From contig CAWGFI010000006.1 in NCBI GenBank assembly GCA_963821845.1, positions 316,628 through 380,627 on the forward strand: a stretch of 64,000 nucleotides of DNA. Direction: 5' to 3'. Source of the DNA: an uncultured delta proteobacterium (lineage in GTDB: Bacteria; Desulfobacterota; Desulfarculia; JACQYL01; CAWGVV01). Position numbers and translations under genes: made by a program. Below, in pieces: positions 1 to 8,829 of the stretch (the stretch's first letter is position 1; the number at the start of each line of letters is the position of its first letter). The notes under the pieces are model-generated. The model worked only from the letters and a program-made list of their open reading frames with translations. It ran no database searches and was not told the origin of the DNA.

Positions 1-106
1 CCGCGTTGTTGATCAGCAGCCCCATGGTTTTCGTCACGTCGCCGGTTTCCTCGGGGGATTCGTCGGGAGCTTTTTTCGTGGAAAAAAGCTTTTTTATGAA
101 ATTCAT
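1..106 (-). CDS. 5' end of a hypothetical protein, runs off the window (MNFIKKLFSTKKAPDESPEETGDVTKTMGLLINNA...)
   Basis: Manual translation: ATG at 106-104 preceded by AAGAGG, frame open to the window edge, co-directional with the MCP. Confidence 0.55.
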   Translation of the reverse strand, partial: MNFIKKLFSTKKAPDESPEETGDVTKTMGLLINNA

Positions 107-172
107 ATTCCGGTTCCTCTTGGTTCGGTTCTTCGAGCGCGCTTCGTTGGGAATAATGTTTCGCCACGGCAA

Positions 173-2125
173 TTAAAAGTCGTCCGGATCGTCCTTTTTC
201 AGGGGAATCAGAAATTCGGGATCGACCACCTTGGCGCCGAGCCGTTCACCGGACGCGCGGGACGTATGGGAGGATTTCACGTTCGCGGTTTCCGCTAGGT
301 CCGAGCCGTTGCGATTATTTTTGCCGGCGCCCTCTATCAGCGCGATAAGGTCGGCGACGCTTTGCCGCATGATCGCCGCCTGCGCGTACATTTCCTGGGC
401 CGCGGAGGCCGACTCTTCGGCGTTGGCGGCGTTTTGCTGCGTGACCTTGTCCATCTCCCCAATGGCCTTGTTGACCTGATCGATACCCAGGGCCTGTTCA
501 TTGGACGCGGCCGCGATTTCCGCCACCAGATCCCCGGCCTTGGTGGCGTTGTTGGACAATTCCACGAATTCCTCATTGGTCTTTTTGACCAGGGCCGTTC
601 CCTCATCCACGCGCGACACGGTTCCCTGGATGAGATGAGCCGTATTCTTGGCGGCTTCCGCCGCGCGCATGGCCAGGTTTCTCACTTCACCGGCCACCAC
701 CGCGAACCCGGCGCCGGCTTCTCCCGCGCGGGCGGCCTCGACCGCGGCGTTCAGCGCCAGAAGGTTGGTCTGGAAGGCGATTTCATCGATGGTTTTGATG
801 ATTTTCGATGTTTCGGCGCTGGCGCTGGAAATTTCATCCATGGACGAAGACAGTTTGGACATGGACTCGTCGGCCCTGGCCACGGTGGCTTTCGCTTCCC
901 GCATGACGTTGTCGGCTTGACCGGCGTTTTCGGCGTTCTGATTGGTCATGGCCGACATCTCTTCGAGCGAGGAGGACGTTTCTTCGATAGCCGCCGCCTG
1001 TTCGCTGGCGCCTTCGGCCAGGGACTGGCTGGCCGCCGCCACCTGCGTGGAAGCCGAAGCTACTTGCTCCGCGCCCCGCTTCAATCCCAGGATAGCTTTG
1101 TTTATGGGTTTGGATATGGACCCGACCAGCAGGAAGGTAAGCAACGCGCCGAAAATAATGGCGGCGGCGCCCACGACGACGACCGACCAGATCGCCGTGG
1201 CGGCGCCGGTCCGAATCTCCTTGGTCGCGGCGGCCTTGGTTTCCTGGAGCCGGTCACGGATGGCTTTCAGCTTGACCTGCGTCGCTTCCAAGGCGGGCAA
1301 GGTCTGATTGTCGAATATGGCGTGAGCCTCCTCCTGGCTTTTGATCAGGCCGTTTTCCGCGTCAATGGCTTTTGCGATCAGCGTCCGTATGGCGTCCGTA
1401 TCGGCGGTCGTCTCCTTGGATAAGGCCGAGGCCTCTTCAGTATTGCCCTGGCCCAGCAGCCCCTTTATCCGGGCCGCGCTCTTGAGAAGCTTTTGAAATG
1501 ACCCGTAAGCCGCTTGCATGGTGTCGTTCAGCGTGGGCGTCGCTTCAGTGTAGGTCGCGTACTCCGGGCTGCGCAGAAATGCGGCGAACTTCGTCTTGGC
1601 GGGATCGGTCTCCAGTTGGATCGCCGAATCACGGCTTATGACCATCTGGTGGAAGTCCTCCGACCAGATGTTGAGATCGCTGGTGAGGCCGTTGAGATTT
1701 TCACGGAGTCCGGGATGGCGTTGTTTCCATGCCTTGGCGATATTCTTGGCCGATTCGTGCAACTGGCGATGGGGCTCCATTATTCCGGACAGGAGCGCCG
1801 CGATCTTGGGGTCCTGGTCGGCCAGGGCCTTGGCCGTATCCCCATGGAGGAAAAGACCCAGGCTGCACTTGGTGGGGTCGAGCTGAACGTTCAGGGTTTG
1901 GAGATTCTCCTGAAACAACTGCGCCACCGTGTAGATCCATTTCAGGTGATCCACTTCCTTGGCGACGATAAACTCGGCGTGATCGGCCGCCTGGGCGTAC
2001 TTTTCATTGTTTTCGACAATGTTGTTGGTCAACCATAGGGAACCGCCCGCGATCACCGCGAGCATCGCCAGAATGATCCCGAACCCGAAGTATAACTTGG
2101 TACTCAATTTCAATGTGCGAAACAC
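173..2125 (-). CDS. Methyl-accepting chemotaxis protein with CZB-like sensor domains between its two TM helices
   Basis: [37 protein letters not shown] signalling hairpin; two hydrophobic segments; DHLKW...CSLG...HRQLH motif. Confidence 0.93.
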   Translation of the reverse strand: MFRTLKLSTKLYFGFGIILAMLAVIAGGSLWLTNNIVENNEKYAQAADHAEFIVAKEVDHLKWIYTVAQLFQENLQTLNVQLDPTKCSLGLFLHGDTAKALADQDPKIAALLSGIMEPHRQLHESAKNIAKAWKQRHPGLRENLNGLTSDLNIWSEDFHQMVISRDSAIQLETDPAKTKFAAFLRSPEYATYTEATPTLNDTMQAAYGSFQKLLKSAARIKGLLGQGNTEEASALSKETTADTDAIRTLIAKAIDAENGLIKSQEEAHAIFDNQTLPALEATQVKLKAIRDRLQETKAAATKEIRTGAATAIWSVVVVGAAAIIFGALLTFLLVGSISKPINKAILGLKRGAEQVASASTQVAAASQSLAEGASEQAAAIEETSSSLEEMSAMTNQNAENAGQADNVMREAKATVARADESMSKLSSSMDEISSASAETSKIIKTIDEIAFQTNLLALNAAVEAARAGEAGAGFAVVAGEVRNLAMRAAEAAKNTAHLIQGTVSRVDEGTALVKKTNEEFVELSNNATKAGDLVAEIAAASNEQALGIDQVNKAIGEMDKVTQQNAANAEESASAAQEMYAQAAIMRQSVADLIALIEGAGKNNRNGSDLAETANVKSSHTSRASGERLGAKVVDPEFLIPLKKDDPDDF

Positions 2126-2145
2126 CGTTCAACCTCCTTGGTCAC

Positions 2146-2532
2146 TCAATGATAAAATGTAGCGTTTTGGCGTTTGAGCATTCGTTCGATAACCGCGACA
2201 ATCTGCTGGGGTTTTTTATCGATGCAGGTGAGAAATCTGGGAAAAAGGCTGTGTCCGATTTGCACCGTGGGCGTTTCCAGATCCGGAAGAATGAGAATTA
2301 TCCGCGCTTTGCGCAGGAGATCCCCCAGCGCCCGAATCTGCATAAGCTCCAGCCGCGAGACCGAGAACAGGATCGCGATTGCGTTGCCGTACCGGGCTTG
2401 ACGAAGTTTGGCGCCAAGCCCGTCAACGGTTTGACATACCTCGATGTTTCTCGTTTGAATCAGGTTTTTTAAGCAATCCCGCGAGATTTCAATGGATTCG
2501 TTCTCGACGGACGCGTAGATTATCAGATCCAT
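2146..2532 (-). CDS. Hypothetical protein, degenerate receiver-like alpha/beta domain
   Basis: 128-aa ORF with upstream GGAGA, alternating hydrophobic strands and helices, first gene after a sigma54-type promoter. Confidence 0.65.
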   Translation of the reverse strand: MDLIIYASVENESIEISRDCLKNLIQTRNIEVCQTVDGLGAKLRQARYGNAIAILFSVSRLELMQIRALGDLLRKARIILILPDLETPTVQIGHSLFPRFLTCIDKKPQQIVAVIERMLKRQNATFYH

Positions 2533-2592
2533 TTGTCGTCTTCTCTCCGGCTTTCCTGCGACGCCTGTTTCGAGACGCGCTCCCCTGGTTAA

Positions 2593-2607
2593 ACAAAAAG
2601 CGGGCCA
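2593..2607 (-). promoter_or_regulatory. Putative sigma54 -24/-12 promoter TGGCCCGCTTTTTGT
   Basis: TGGC-N7-TTG spacing; IHF-like AAACAACAGGTTA at 2637-2649; enhancer palindrome and EBP gene upstream. Confidence 0.6.
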
Positions 2608-2734
2608 GAAGTCTATGGCTAGTTAAATACTATTAAAAACAACAGGTTAGGTAGAAACAGGAAGGATGAAGAGAAGTCGGGAAGAAAGGGTTTTTTCAGT
2701 GAAAGCGAATAAACGTTCAGGGAAGGTGAATATC

Positions 2735-2753
2735 TGTTCCGTGAAACGGAACA
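2735..2753. promoter_or_regulatory. Putative EBP upstream activating sequence TGTTCCG-N5-CGGAACA
   Basis: Perfect 7-bp inverted repeat ~130 bp upstream of the sigma54 site, with degenerate copies at ~2695-2732. Confidence 0.55.
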
Positions 2754-2763
2754 AAACGCGAGA

Positions 2764-4206
2764 TTACCCCATGGAAGCCCACCCGAGTCTGGAGACGCCG
2801 TATTTTTTCATGAGCATATACAGTCGGGTCCTGCCCAGTCCGGAAATATGGCAGGCCTCTTTTATGGAACCGCGGGTGAAGAGCATGAGATCTTCCAGAT
2901 ATTTTTTCTCCGCCGTGGCGAGCACGGATTCCCGGTACTCGTGATAGGCGGCCAGGGAAGACGCCGACGTTCGCTCTTCCGTTTCCTCCGGCCCCTCTGT
3001 TTTAAGCGATTCGGGAACCGACTTGACCGATCCCCGCGCCACCTGAATCCTGATTCTGTGCGGCAGGTGTATGGGCAGAAGCGTGGGTTCGGCGCCGGCC
3101 TCCATTATGGCGCCTTCGAGCGTATTGATAAGCTCCCGAATGTTCCCCGGCCACTGGTAAACCCGTAAAACATCGAAGAATTCATGGGTTACGCCCTTGG
3201 TGGGCATCCCATAATTGTCGCAGATTTTCGCCACGTAATGCAGGGTGAGTTCCTTGGTGTCGTCCGTGCGCTCCCGCAGGGGCGGCGCCTCGATACACAT
3301 GGAGCGCAAGCGAAAGAGCAGGTCGCTGCGAAACGCGCCCTGTTCCGCCATGGTGTCAAGATCCCGGTTGGTGGCGGCGATCAGACGAAAATTGCTGGCT
3401 ATCTCGAGATTGGCGCCGACCGGTCTGAACCGGCGCTCCTGAAGAACGCGAAGAAAGGCTTTTTGAATGGACAGGGAAAGCTCGCCGATTTCGTCCAGAA
3501 ACAGCGTGCCGCCGTTGGCTTGCTTTATCAGCCCGTCCTGCGCCCGGTCGGCTCCGGTGTAGGCGCCCCGTTCATGGCCGAAAAGCGAATTCTCGACCAG
3601 GGTTTCCGGAAGCGCCGCGCAATCGACCACCACGAAGTTGCCTTCGGCGCGGGAGCTGTTTTCGTGGATGGCGTGCGCGAGAAGCTCTTTTCCCGTGCCC
3701 GTTTCACCGCTGATAAGCACGTTGGCGGCGCCGGCGGCGGCCTGGGCCACCGAATCGAGACAGGCCCTCAGGGCGGAGCTGTTCCCGACGATACCGCTGA
3801 TTTTCAAGGCCTTGGCCGTGGGCCTTCGGTTTTTTCGCAGATCATCCCGGTACTTGAGAACACGATTCAGGGGCAGGACAACAGTCTTGGGCGAGAGCGG
3901 CTTCTGGATATAATCCCAGGCGCCATTTTTAATGGCCAGTTCGGCTCCGTCGGGGTCGCCCGCTCCGGTAATGATGATCACTTCCGGTTTGGAGGCGGTT
4001 TCGCGTATGGACACGATCGCCTGAAGCCCGTCGCCGTCGGGGAGATTCACGTCCAGGAAGACCGCGTCAAAGCTTCCTTCCTCCGCCTGCTTAACGCCGT
4101 CTCGCAGCGTATGGTGACAGGAAGGAACGTGTCCCATTCGCGAAACCATGTCCGCGAGCATCCTGCACATTGCTTTATCGTCATCAACCACTAAAACATT
4201 GGCCAT
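2764..4206 (-). CDS. Sigma54-dependent NtrC-family response regulator
   Basis: Receiver ([15 protein letters not shown]), [31 protein letters not shown]-terminal HTH. Confidence 0.95.
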   Translation of the reverse strand: MANVLVVDDDKAMCRMLADMVSRMGHVPSCHHTLRDGVKQAEEGSFDAVFLDVNLPDGDGLQAIVSIRETASKPEVIIITGAGDPDGAELAIKNGAWDYIQKPLSPKTVVLPLNRVLKYRDDLRKNRRPTAKALKISGIVGNSSALRACLDSVAQAAAGAANVLISGETGTGKELLAHAIHENSSRAEGNFVVVDCAALPETLVENSLFGHERGAYTGADRAQDGLIKQANGGTLFLDEIGELSLSIQKAFLRVLQERRFRPVGANLEIASNFRLIAATNRDLDTMAEQGAFRSDLLFRLRSMCIEAPPLRERTDDTKELTLHYVAKICDNYGMPTKGVTHEFFDVLRVYQWPGNIRELINTLEGAIMEAGAEPTLLPIHLPHRIRIQVARGSVKSVPESLKTEGPEETEERTSASSLAAYHEYRESVLATAEKKYLEDLMLFTRGSIKEACHISGLGRTRLYMLMKKYGVSRLGWASMG

Positions 4207-4223
4207 CTTCTAACCCGGACAAG

Positions 4224-6857
4224 CTATGATTTACGAGCAAGCGCTTTCCGAACAGCCTTGGATAACGCGGTCACTCCAAAGGGCTTGCTTATGAACTCCC
4301 GCACGCCCAGATCCTTTATCTGTTCCCACGCCATGCCGTTTTTATAACCGCTGCACAAAACAATAGGCGTATCGGGACGTATTTGCTGGATCTTGCTTGC
4401 AAGAGTTATTCCTGTCTGCCGGGGCATGGTTATGTCGGCGATCACCACGTCAAAATTATCCGGGTCCTCGCAAAAGAGCCGAAGCGCCTCCTCGCTGCTG
4501 GTCACGGCCACCACGTCGTAACCCAGGCTGGAAAGGGCGTCCTGAGCGAATTCCGCCAGGGGCGCCTCGTCATCGACGAAAAGAACCCGCTCGTCGCCTC
4601 GGTAGGCCTTGTGGCTTTCCTCCTGTTGGTTGATTGACGACTCGTACGGAATTCGGGGGAGGCAGACCTTGAATACCGTTCCCCTCCCCACATGATTGTC
4701 CACGATGATGGCGCCGCCGTGGTTTCTTACGATGGCGTTGACCACGGACAACCCCAGACCGCTTCCCTGCCCCAGCTTTTTGGTCGTGAAGTAGGGTTCG
4801 AAGATGTGCGAAGCCACCTCGGGACCAATGCCCGTCCCGGTGTCGCTTACCGTCAGTTTCAGATAGTCCCCTTGGGGCAAATCCCATTTGACGAGCTTTT
4901 CACGCGAAACAAGCTTTTCCTCGCATAGACCGATCTCCAGAACTCCGGGTCCGCCGGACATGGCTTGCGCCGCGTTGACGCACAGGTTCATGAGCACCTG
5001 GAAGAGCTGCGTGGTGTCGGCGAGAACGGTTCCTTTTTCAGTTTCTATTTTTGGGCGAATCTCGATGGTCGCCGGAAAGGAGGCGCGCAGGAATTTGACC
5101 GTTTCCTTGATAAGCGGGGACACCAGCAGAGGTTTTTTTTCATGCTCGGTCGGTCTGCTGAAATTGAGGATCTGCCGCACCAGGTCCTTCCCTCGGTAAG
5201 CCGCGGCCAGGATCTCCTGCAGGTTCGAGCGCAGATGGTCGTTCTCGCGCAGATCGAACATGTCCATCAATTCGGAGTAGCCGATGATGACGCCGAGGAC
5301 GTTGTTGAAGTCGTGCGCGATGCCGCTCGCCAGTTTTCCGACGATCTCCAGTTTCTGCTCCTGCTGGAGCCGAGTTTCCGTTTTCCTGGTTTCCGTGACG
5401 TCGGAAAAGCCGATGATGGTGGAAGCGCGCCCGCAATGGCAGATCCGCGAAAAGAAAACCTTCATCCATACGATGGAGTCGTTCTTGTGGAAAAAGCGAA
5501 CCTCGAACGGCGCCCAGGACCGCTGTTCGGCGCCGCCCGTCTCCAGCCGCTGGAAAAAGGAGGAGCGATCCTTGGGATGAATGAGTTCGTGAATCCGTTC
5601 GGCGTTAAAGGACATCAGCTCGCCCGCCTCAAACCCGATAATACGGTCGATCCTCGGGGTGGCGTAGGTGATTTGCGAAGGGTTATCCCGTAAAACAATG
5701 GCGCCGTCGCAGAGCCGTTCCACCAGCTCCAGGTAGTGCTCGATGGAGATCAGGAGCTTTTGCTCCTCCGGGAGCCGCCCCGCCATGACCCGGCTCACGC
5801 CGATGATTCCGGCGGACCGGCCCAGGGGATCCGTAAAGGCCGTCTTGGTGGTGTCGAGCAAACGTACCCGGCCGTCAAGGTCCGTGTGGTGTTCGATGAA
5901 GCGGGAGGTCATTCCAGAATACAGGGTCATGCGGTCGCTTTCCACCCGCCGCCGGGCGAATTCGGGGACCATGAATTCCTCGTCCCCTTTTCCGACGATT
6001 TCCGAGGTGTTACGATTGAACAGAATTTCAAAGGCCTTGTTGACGATGAGATTATGGAATTTGACGTCCTTAAAGCAAACAGCTTCGGGAATGGAGTTCA
6101 GGAGCGCTCTCAGACGTTCGTCGGCCGTCATGAATTCGGTCTGGATGCTGTGCCTGGCCGCGATTTCGTTCTTCAGCATCTCCCTGGTCAAATTCAGATG
6201 TCCGCGTTCCCGCCGGAGCAGGCTTGTCGCTTCCTTTTCCCGATGGTAGGCTTCCTCGACATAGTCCATGAGCGCGGCTACGGAAACGGCCGTGACGCCG
6301 TTTAAAAACACGAAGCTGAGCGCCGCCGCCACGCCGCGTTCCGGGGAAACCAGAAAAGGATGCGAATGGCCGTACCACCCCTGGCTGATGAACCAGCCGA
6401 TGGCCGCCAGCATGAGCGCGTTCAGCGCCAGCGCCCCAATGGCGGCGTCAACACCCAGGAGCGCCCCGGCCAGGACCGCAGCCGCGAACAGCCAGATCGG
6501 TCCGCCGCTCAACGGCCCGAGCATGGCGGTAATCGCGCCGCCCAGGGTGTACGCCAGCAAAACGCTGAAAACAGCCACGACTTCGAATCGAAGGCGACAG
6601 GACAGCGGCAGGAGTGACCACGCGCACGCGTAGGCCGCGAGATCCAGACCGACGAGCCCCCAAAGGTTTTGTTTGAAAGCCAGCCCCAAAACGGGCACAA
6701 AGAATAATGCGCAGGCGATGAGAGTGCAAAACATGAAGATGGTGAAGAAGCGTTTTCGCCAATACCGGGGGCTGTTCCGTTCGTATTCGACCGAAGCGGG
6801 GACCCATCTGTTCATATGCCTGCATATTTTGTTGATTATAGCCCCGCGTCTCTCCAT
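4224..6857 (-). CDS. Membrane-bound PAS hybrid sensor histidine kinase
   Basis: Multi-TM N-terminus, two PAS-like domains, GIAHDFNN H-box, DTGTGI, FTTK, GSGLGL, C-terminal receiver. Confidence 0.95.
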   Translation of the reverse strand: MERRGAIINKICRHMNRWVPASVEYERNSPRYWRKRFFTIFMFCTLIACALFFVPVLGLAFKQNLWGLVGLDLAAYACAWSLLPLSCRLRFEVVAVFSVLLAYTLGGAITAMLGPLSGGPIWLFAAAVLAGALLGVDAAIGALALNALMLAAIGWFISQGWYGHSHPFLVSPERGVAAALSFVFLNGVTAVSVAALMDYVEEAYHREKEATSLLRRERGHLNLTREMLKNEIAARHSIQTEFMTADERLRALLNSIPEAVCFKDVKFHNLIVNKAFEILFNRNTSEIVGKGDEEFMVPEFARRRVESDRMTLYSGMTSRFIEHHTDLDGRVRLLDTTKTAFTDPLGRSAGIIGVSRVMAGRLPEEQKLLISIEHYLELVERLCDGAIVLRDNPSQITYATPRIDRIIGFEAGELMSFNAERIHELIHPKDRSSFFQRLETGGAEQRSWAPFEVRFFHKNDSIVWMKVFFSRICHCGRASTIIGFSDVTETRKTETRLQQEQKLEIVGKLASGIAHDFNNVLGVIIGYSELMDMFDLRENDHLRSNLQEILAAAYRGKDLVRQILNFSRPTEHEKKPLLVSPLIKETVKFLRASFPATIEIRPKIETEKGTVLADTTQLFQVLMNLCVNAAQAMSGGPGVLEIGLCEEKLVSREKLVKWDLPQGDYLKLTVSDTGTGIGPEVASHIFEPYFTTKKLGQGSGLGLSVVNAIVRNHGGAIIVDNHVGRGTVFKVCLPRIPYESSINQQEESHKAYRGDERVLFVDDEAPLAEFAQDALSSLGYDVVAVTSSEEALRLFCEDPDNFDVVIADITMPRQTGITLASKIQQIRPDTPIVLCSGYKNGMAWEQIKDLGVREFISKPFGVTALSKAVRKALARKS

Positions 6858-7523
6858 TTAGTTAGCCATCCGTAAATTTATGATTTGATAGTGCTTCATG
6901 ATATGGATATTATTAAAATAATAGAGATATTGCCATTCCGGAACGGTAATAAAGCTAATATGATCCTTGTCGGGGCAACGCAAGGATAATATCTTGTAAG
7001 AAGAGAATTATAATATCGGACCGGTTTCATCGCAAGTCAAGTTTTAAAAAAGATAGTTTTTCATGAGCTATAGTGTATTCCCTTTTAAGTTTGCCGCGCA
7101 AGAGTAGATTTAATAGGCATGCTTTATATTGTTACCGATATATACCGGTTTTGATAAATTGAGTAGTTAAGGATAAAGTTGTTCTTAGTTTAAAGATGCT
7201 TACTTAATTTGCTTGACAAGAGATATCATGTAAAAAGAATAGTTGCGAATCAAGGTATAACTCCAGATATACGTTGTTTAATAGGTTGTTTTTATATTTA
7301 ATTGGCTATTTGCCGGTAATTGCTCTGCTATCAGGAAAGAGACGTTCAATCCGTGAAGCGCTTTTTGGCGTCTCGAAGAAAAACAGTGAAGACAAATAAA
7401 AAAAAGATGTTTAAATACAAATGAGGTGTTGATATCGAATAATGAACGAAGCTAAAAACAGAATTATACGTAAATTCATCGAGCAGGAGGCGATTATCCG
7501 CCGCCTCTCGCGCGGGAGGCCGC

Positions 7524-8417
7524 GTGACCTTTGAACATGCCCTCGATCAATTTATAATGTTCCTCAAGGTGGAACGGGGATTATCTCGCAACACCATTGA
7601 AGCGTACAGCCGGGATCTTGTCGCTTTCATGGCGTACCTCGACGAACAACGCCGCGCCGACATTAAAAACGTCGGCGCGCTGGAGGTTCGCGGCTACCTG
7701 GTTCATCTCGCCGATCGCGGGCTTTCCAGCCGGAGCCAGGCTCGGGGCGTCTCGGCTATGCGAACTTTTTTCAGATTTCTGGCGCGTGAACGGTTCATAG
7801 CCGCCAATCCCATGGGCACGGTGGACGCTCCCAAGATCGGCCGGAGCCTGCCACATTTTCTCAACGAACATGACGTGGAAATGTTGTTGAAGGCGCCCCG
7901 CGACGACACGCCGCAGGGAATCAGGGATCGCGCCATGCTGGAGGTCCTCTACGCCACGGGGCTCAGGGCCAGCGAGATCGTGGGGCTGAAATCGCAGGAG
8001 GTGAATCTTTCGGCGGGTTTTCTCCAGACCATGGGCAAGGGGGCCAAGGAACGGGTCGTGCCGCTGGGTTCCGAAGCGATTAGAAATATCCGCGCATACC
8101 TGAGTGAATCGCGGCCCCGGCTCGAAAAAGGACTTCGTTCGGAATCCCTGTTCATCAGCCGCGCGGGCAAGCCCATGACCCGGCAGTGGTTCTGGAAAAT
8201 GATCAAAACATACGCCTCCCTGGCGGGCCTGACCAAACACATCAGCCCCCATGTGGTGCGCCATTCGTTCGCCACCCACCTGCTGAACCACGGCGCCGAT
8301 CTGCGTTCCCTGCAAATGATGCTCGGCCACGCCGATATTTCCACCACCCAGATTTACACTCACGTCACCCGCGAACGCCTCAAGGAGATCCATAAGACCT
8401 ACCATCCTCGGGCTTAA
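7524..8417 (+). CDS. xerD: Site-specific tyrosine recombinase XerD
   Basis: ERGLSRNTIEAYSRDL, LYATGLRASE, HVVRHSFATHLL, LGHADISTTQIYTHV, YHPRA end. Confidence 0.93.
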   Translation: MTFEHALDQFIMFLKVERGLSRNTIEAYSRDLVAFMAYLDEQRRADIKNVGALEVRGYLVHLADRGLSSRSQARGVSAMRTFFRFLARERFIAANPMGTVDAPKIGRSLPHFLNEHDVEMLLKAPRDDTPQGIRDRAMLEVLYATGLRASEIVGLKSQEVNLSAGFLQTMGKGAKERVVPLGSEAIRNIRAYLSESRPRLEKGLRSESLFISRAGKPMTRQWFWKMIKTYASLAGLTKHISPHVVRHSFATHLLNHGADLRSLQMMLGHADISTTQIYTHVTRERLKEIHKTYHPRA

Positions 8418-8475
8418 AATGACGAGGGTTGTTGTTTGTCGTCATGCTCCGACTTATTCTCCGCGCCTGCGAAAG

Positions 8476-8531
8476 GGCAACTCCCCCAAGCCCCCCTGAG
8501 TGAGGGGGGTGGCGCAGCCGAGGGGAGTTCC
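8476..8531. repeat. Nested GC-rich hairpin (AACTCCCC...CCCCCCT-GAGTG-AGGGGGG...GGGGAGTT), REP-like
   Basis: Two nested inverted repeats in the xerD-cca spacer, preceded by a CGTCATGCTCCGACTT REP-like fragment. Confidence 0.45.
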
Positions 8532-8829
8532 TTGTAAGTTGCTGTTAAGACTAATGATGCTTGAGTGAACGCCAATGCTGCAAACCTTGGATGCTTTGGA
8601 ATGAATACTCCCTTGGACAGAGAAACGAGTGAACCCCGGAAAAGCTTTGGTCTTTCCTCCGTATGGAGAAGGAATTACGCGCGGTCGGGAAAATTGAGGT
8701 AATGCTAAAATCATGCTAGGCTGAATTTCCGGATCGAGAGACGAAAAGCGCCGGATGCGCGATAAAAAGAAAACCGGTTCATGGTCCCGGTTGTCCATAG
8801 GTTGGGGAACACCATACAAGGCCCATTAG

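Noticed and set aside
7524-8417. Tyrosine recombinase as a prophage or island integrase
   Set aside because: Sequence and context (cca, scpAB, rluB) fit housekeeping XerD; no att sites or mobile cargo seen
8468-8535. c-di-GMP-I riboswitch suggested by AAAGGGCAA
   Set aside because: Lacks the GGCAAACC...GAAA...GGGACGCAAAGC core; better explained as a G/C hairpin repeat
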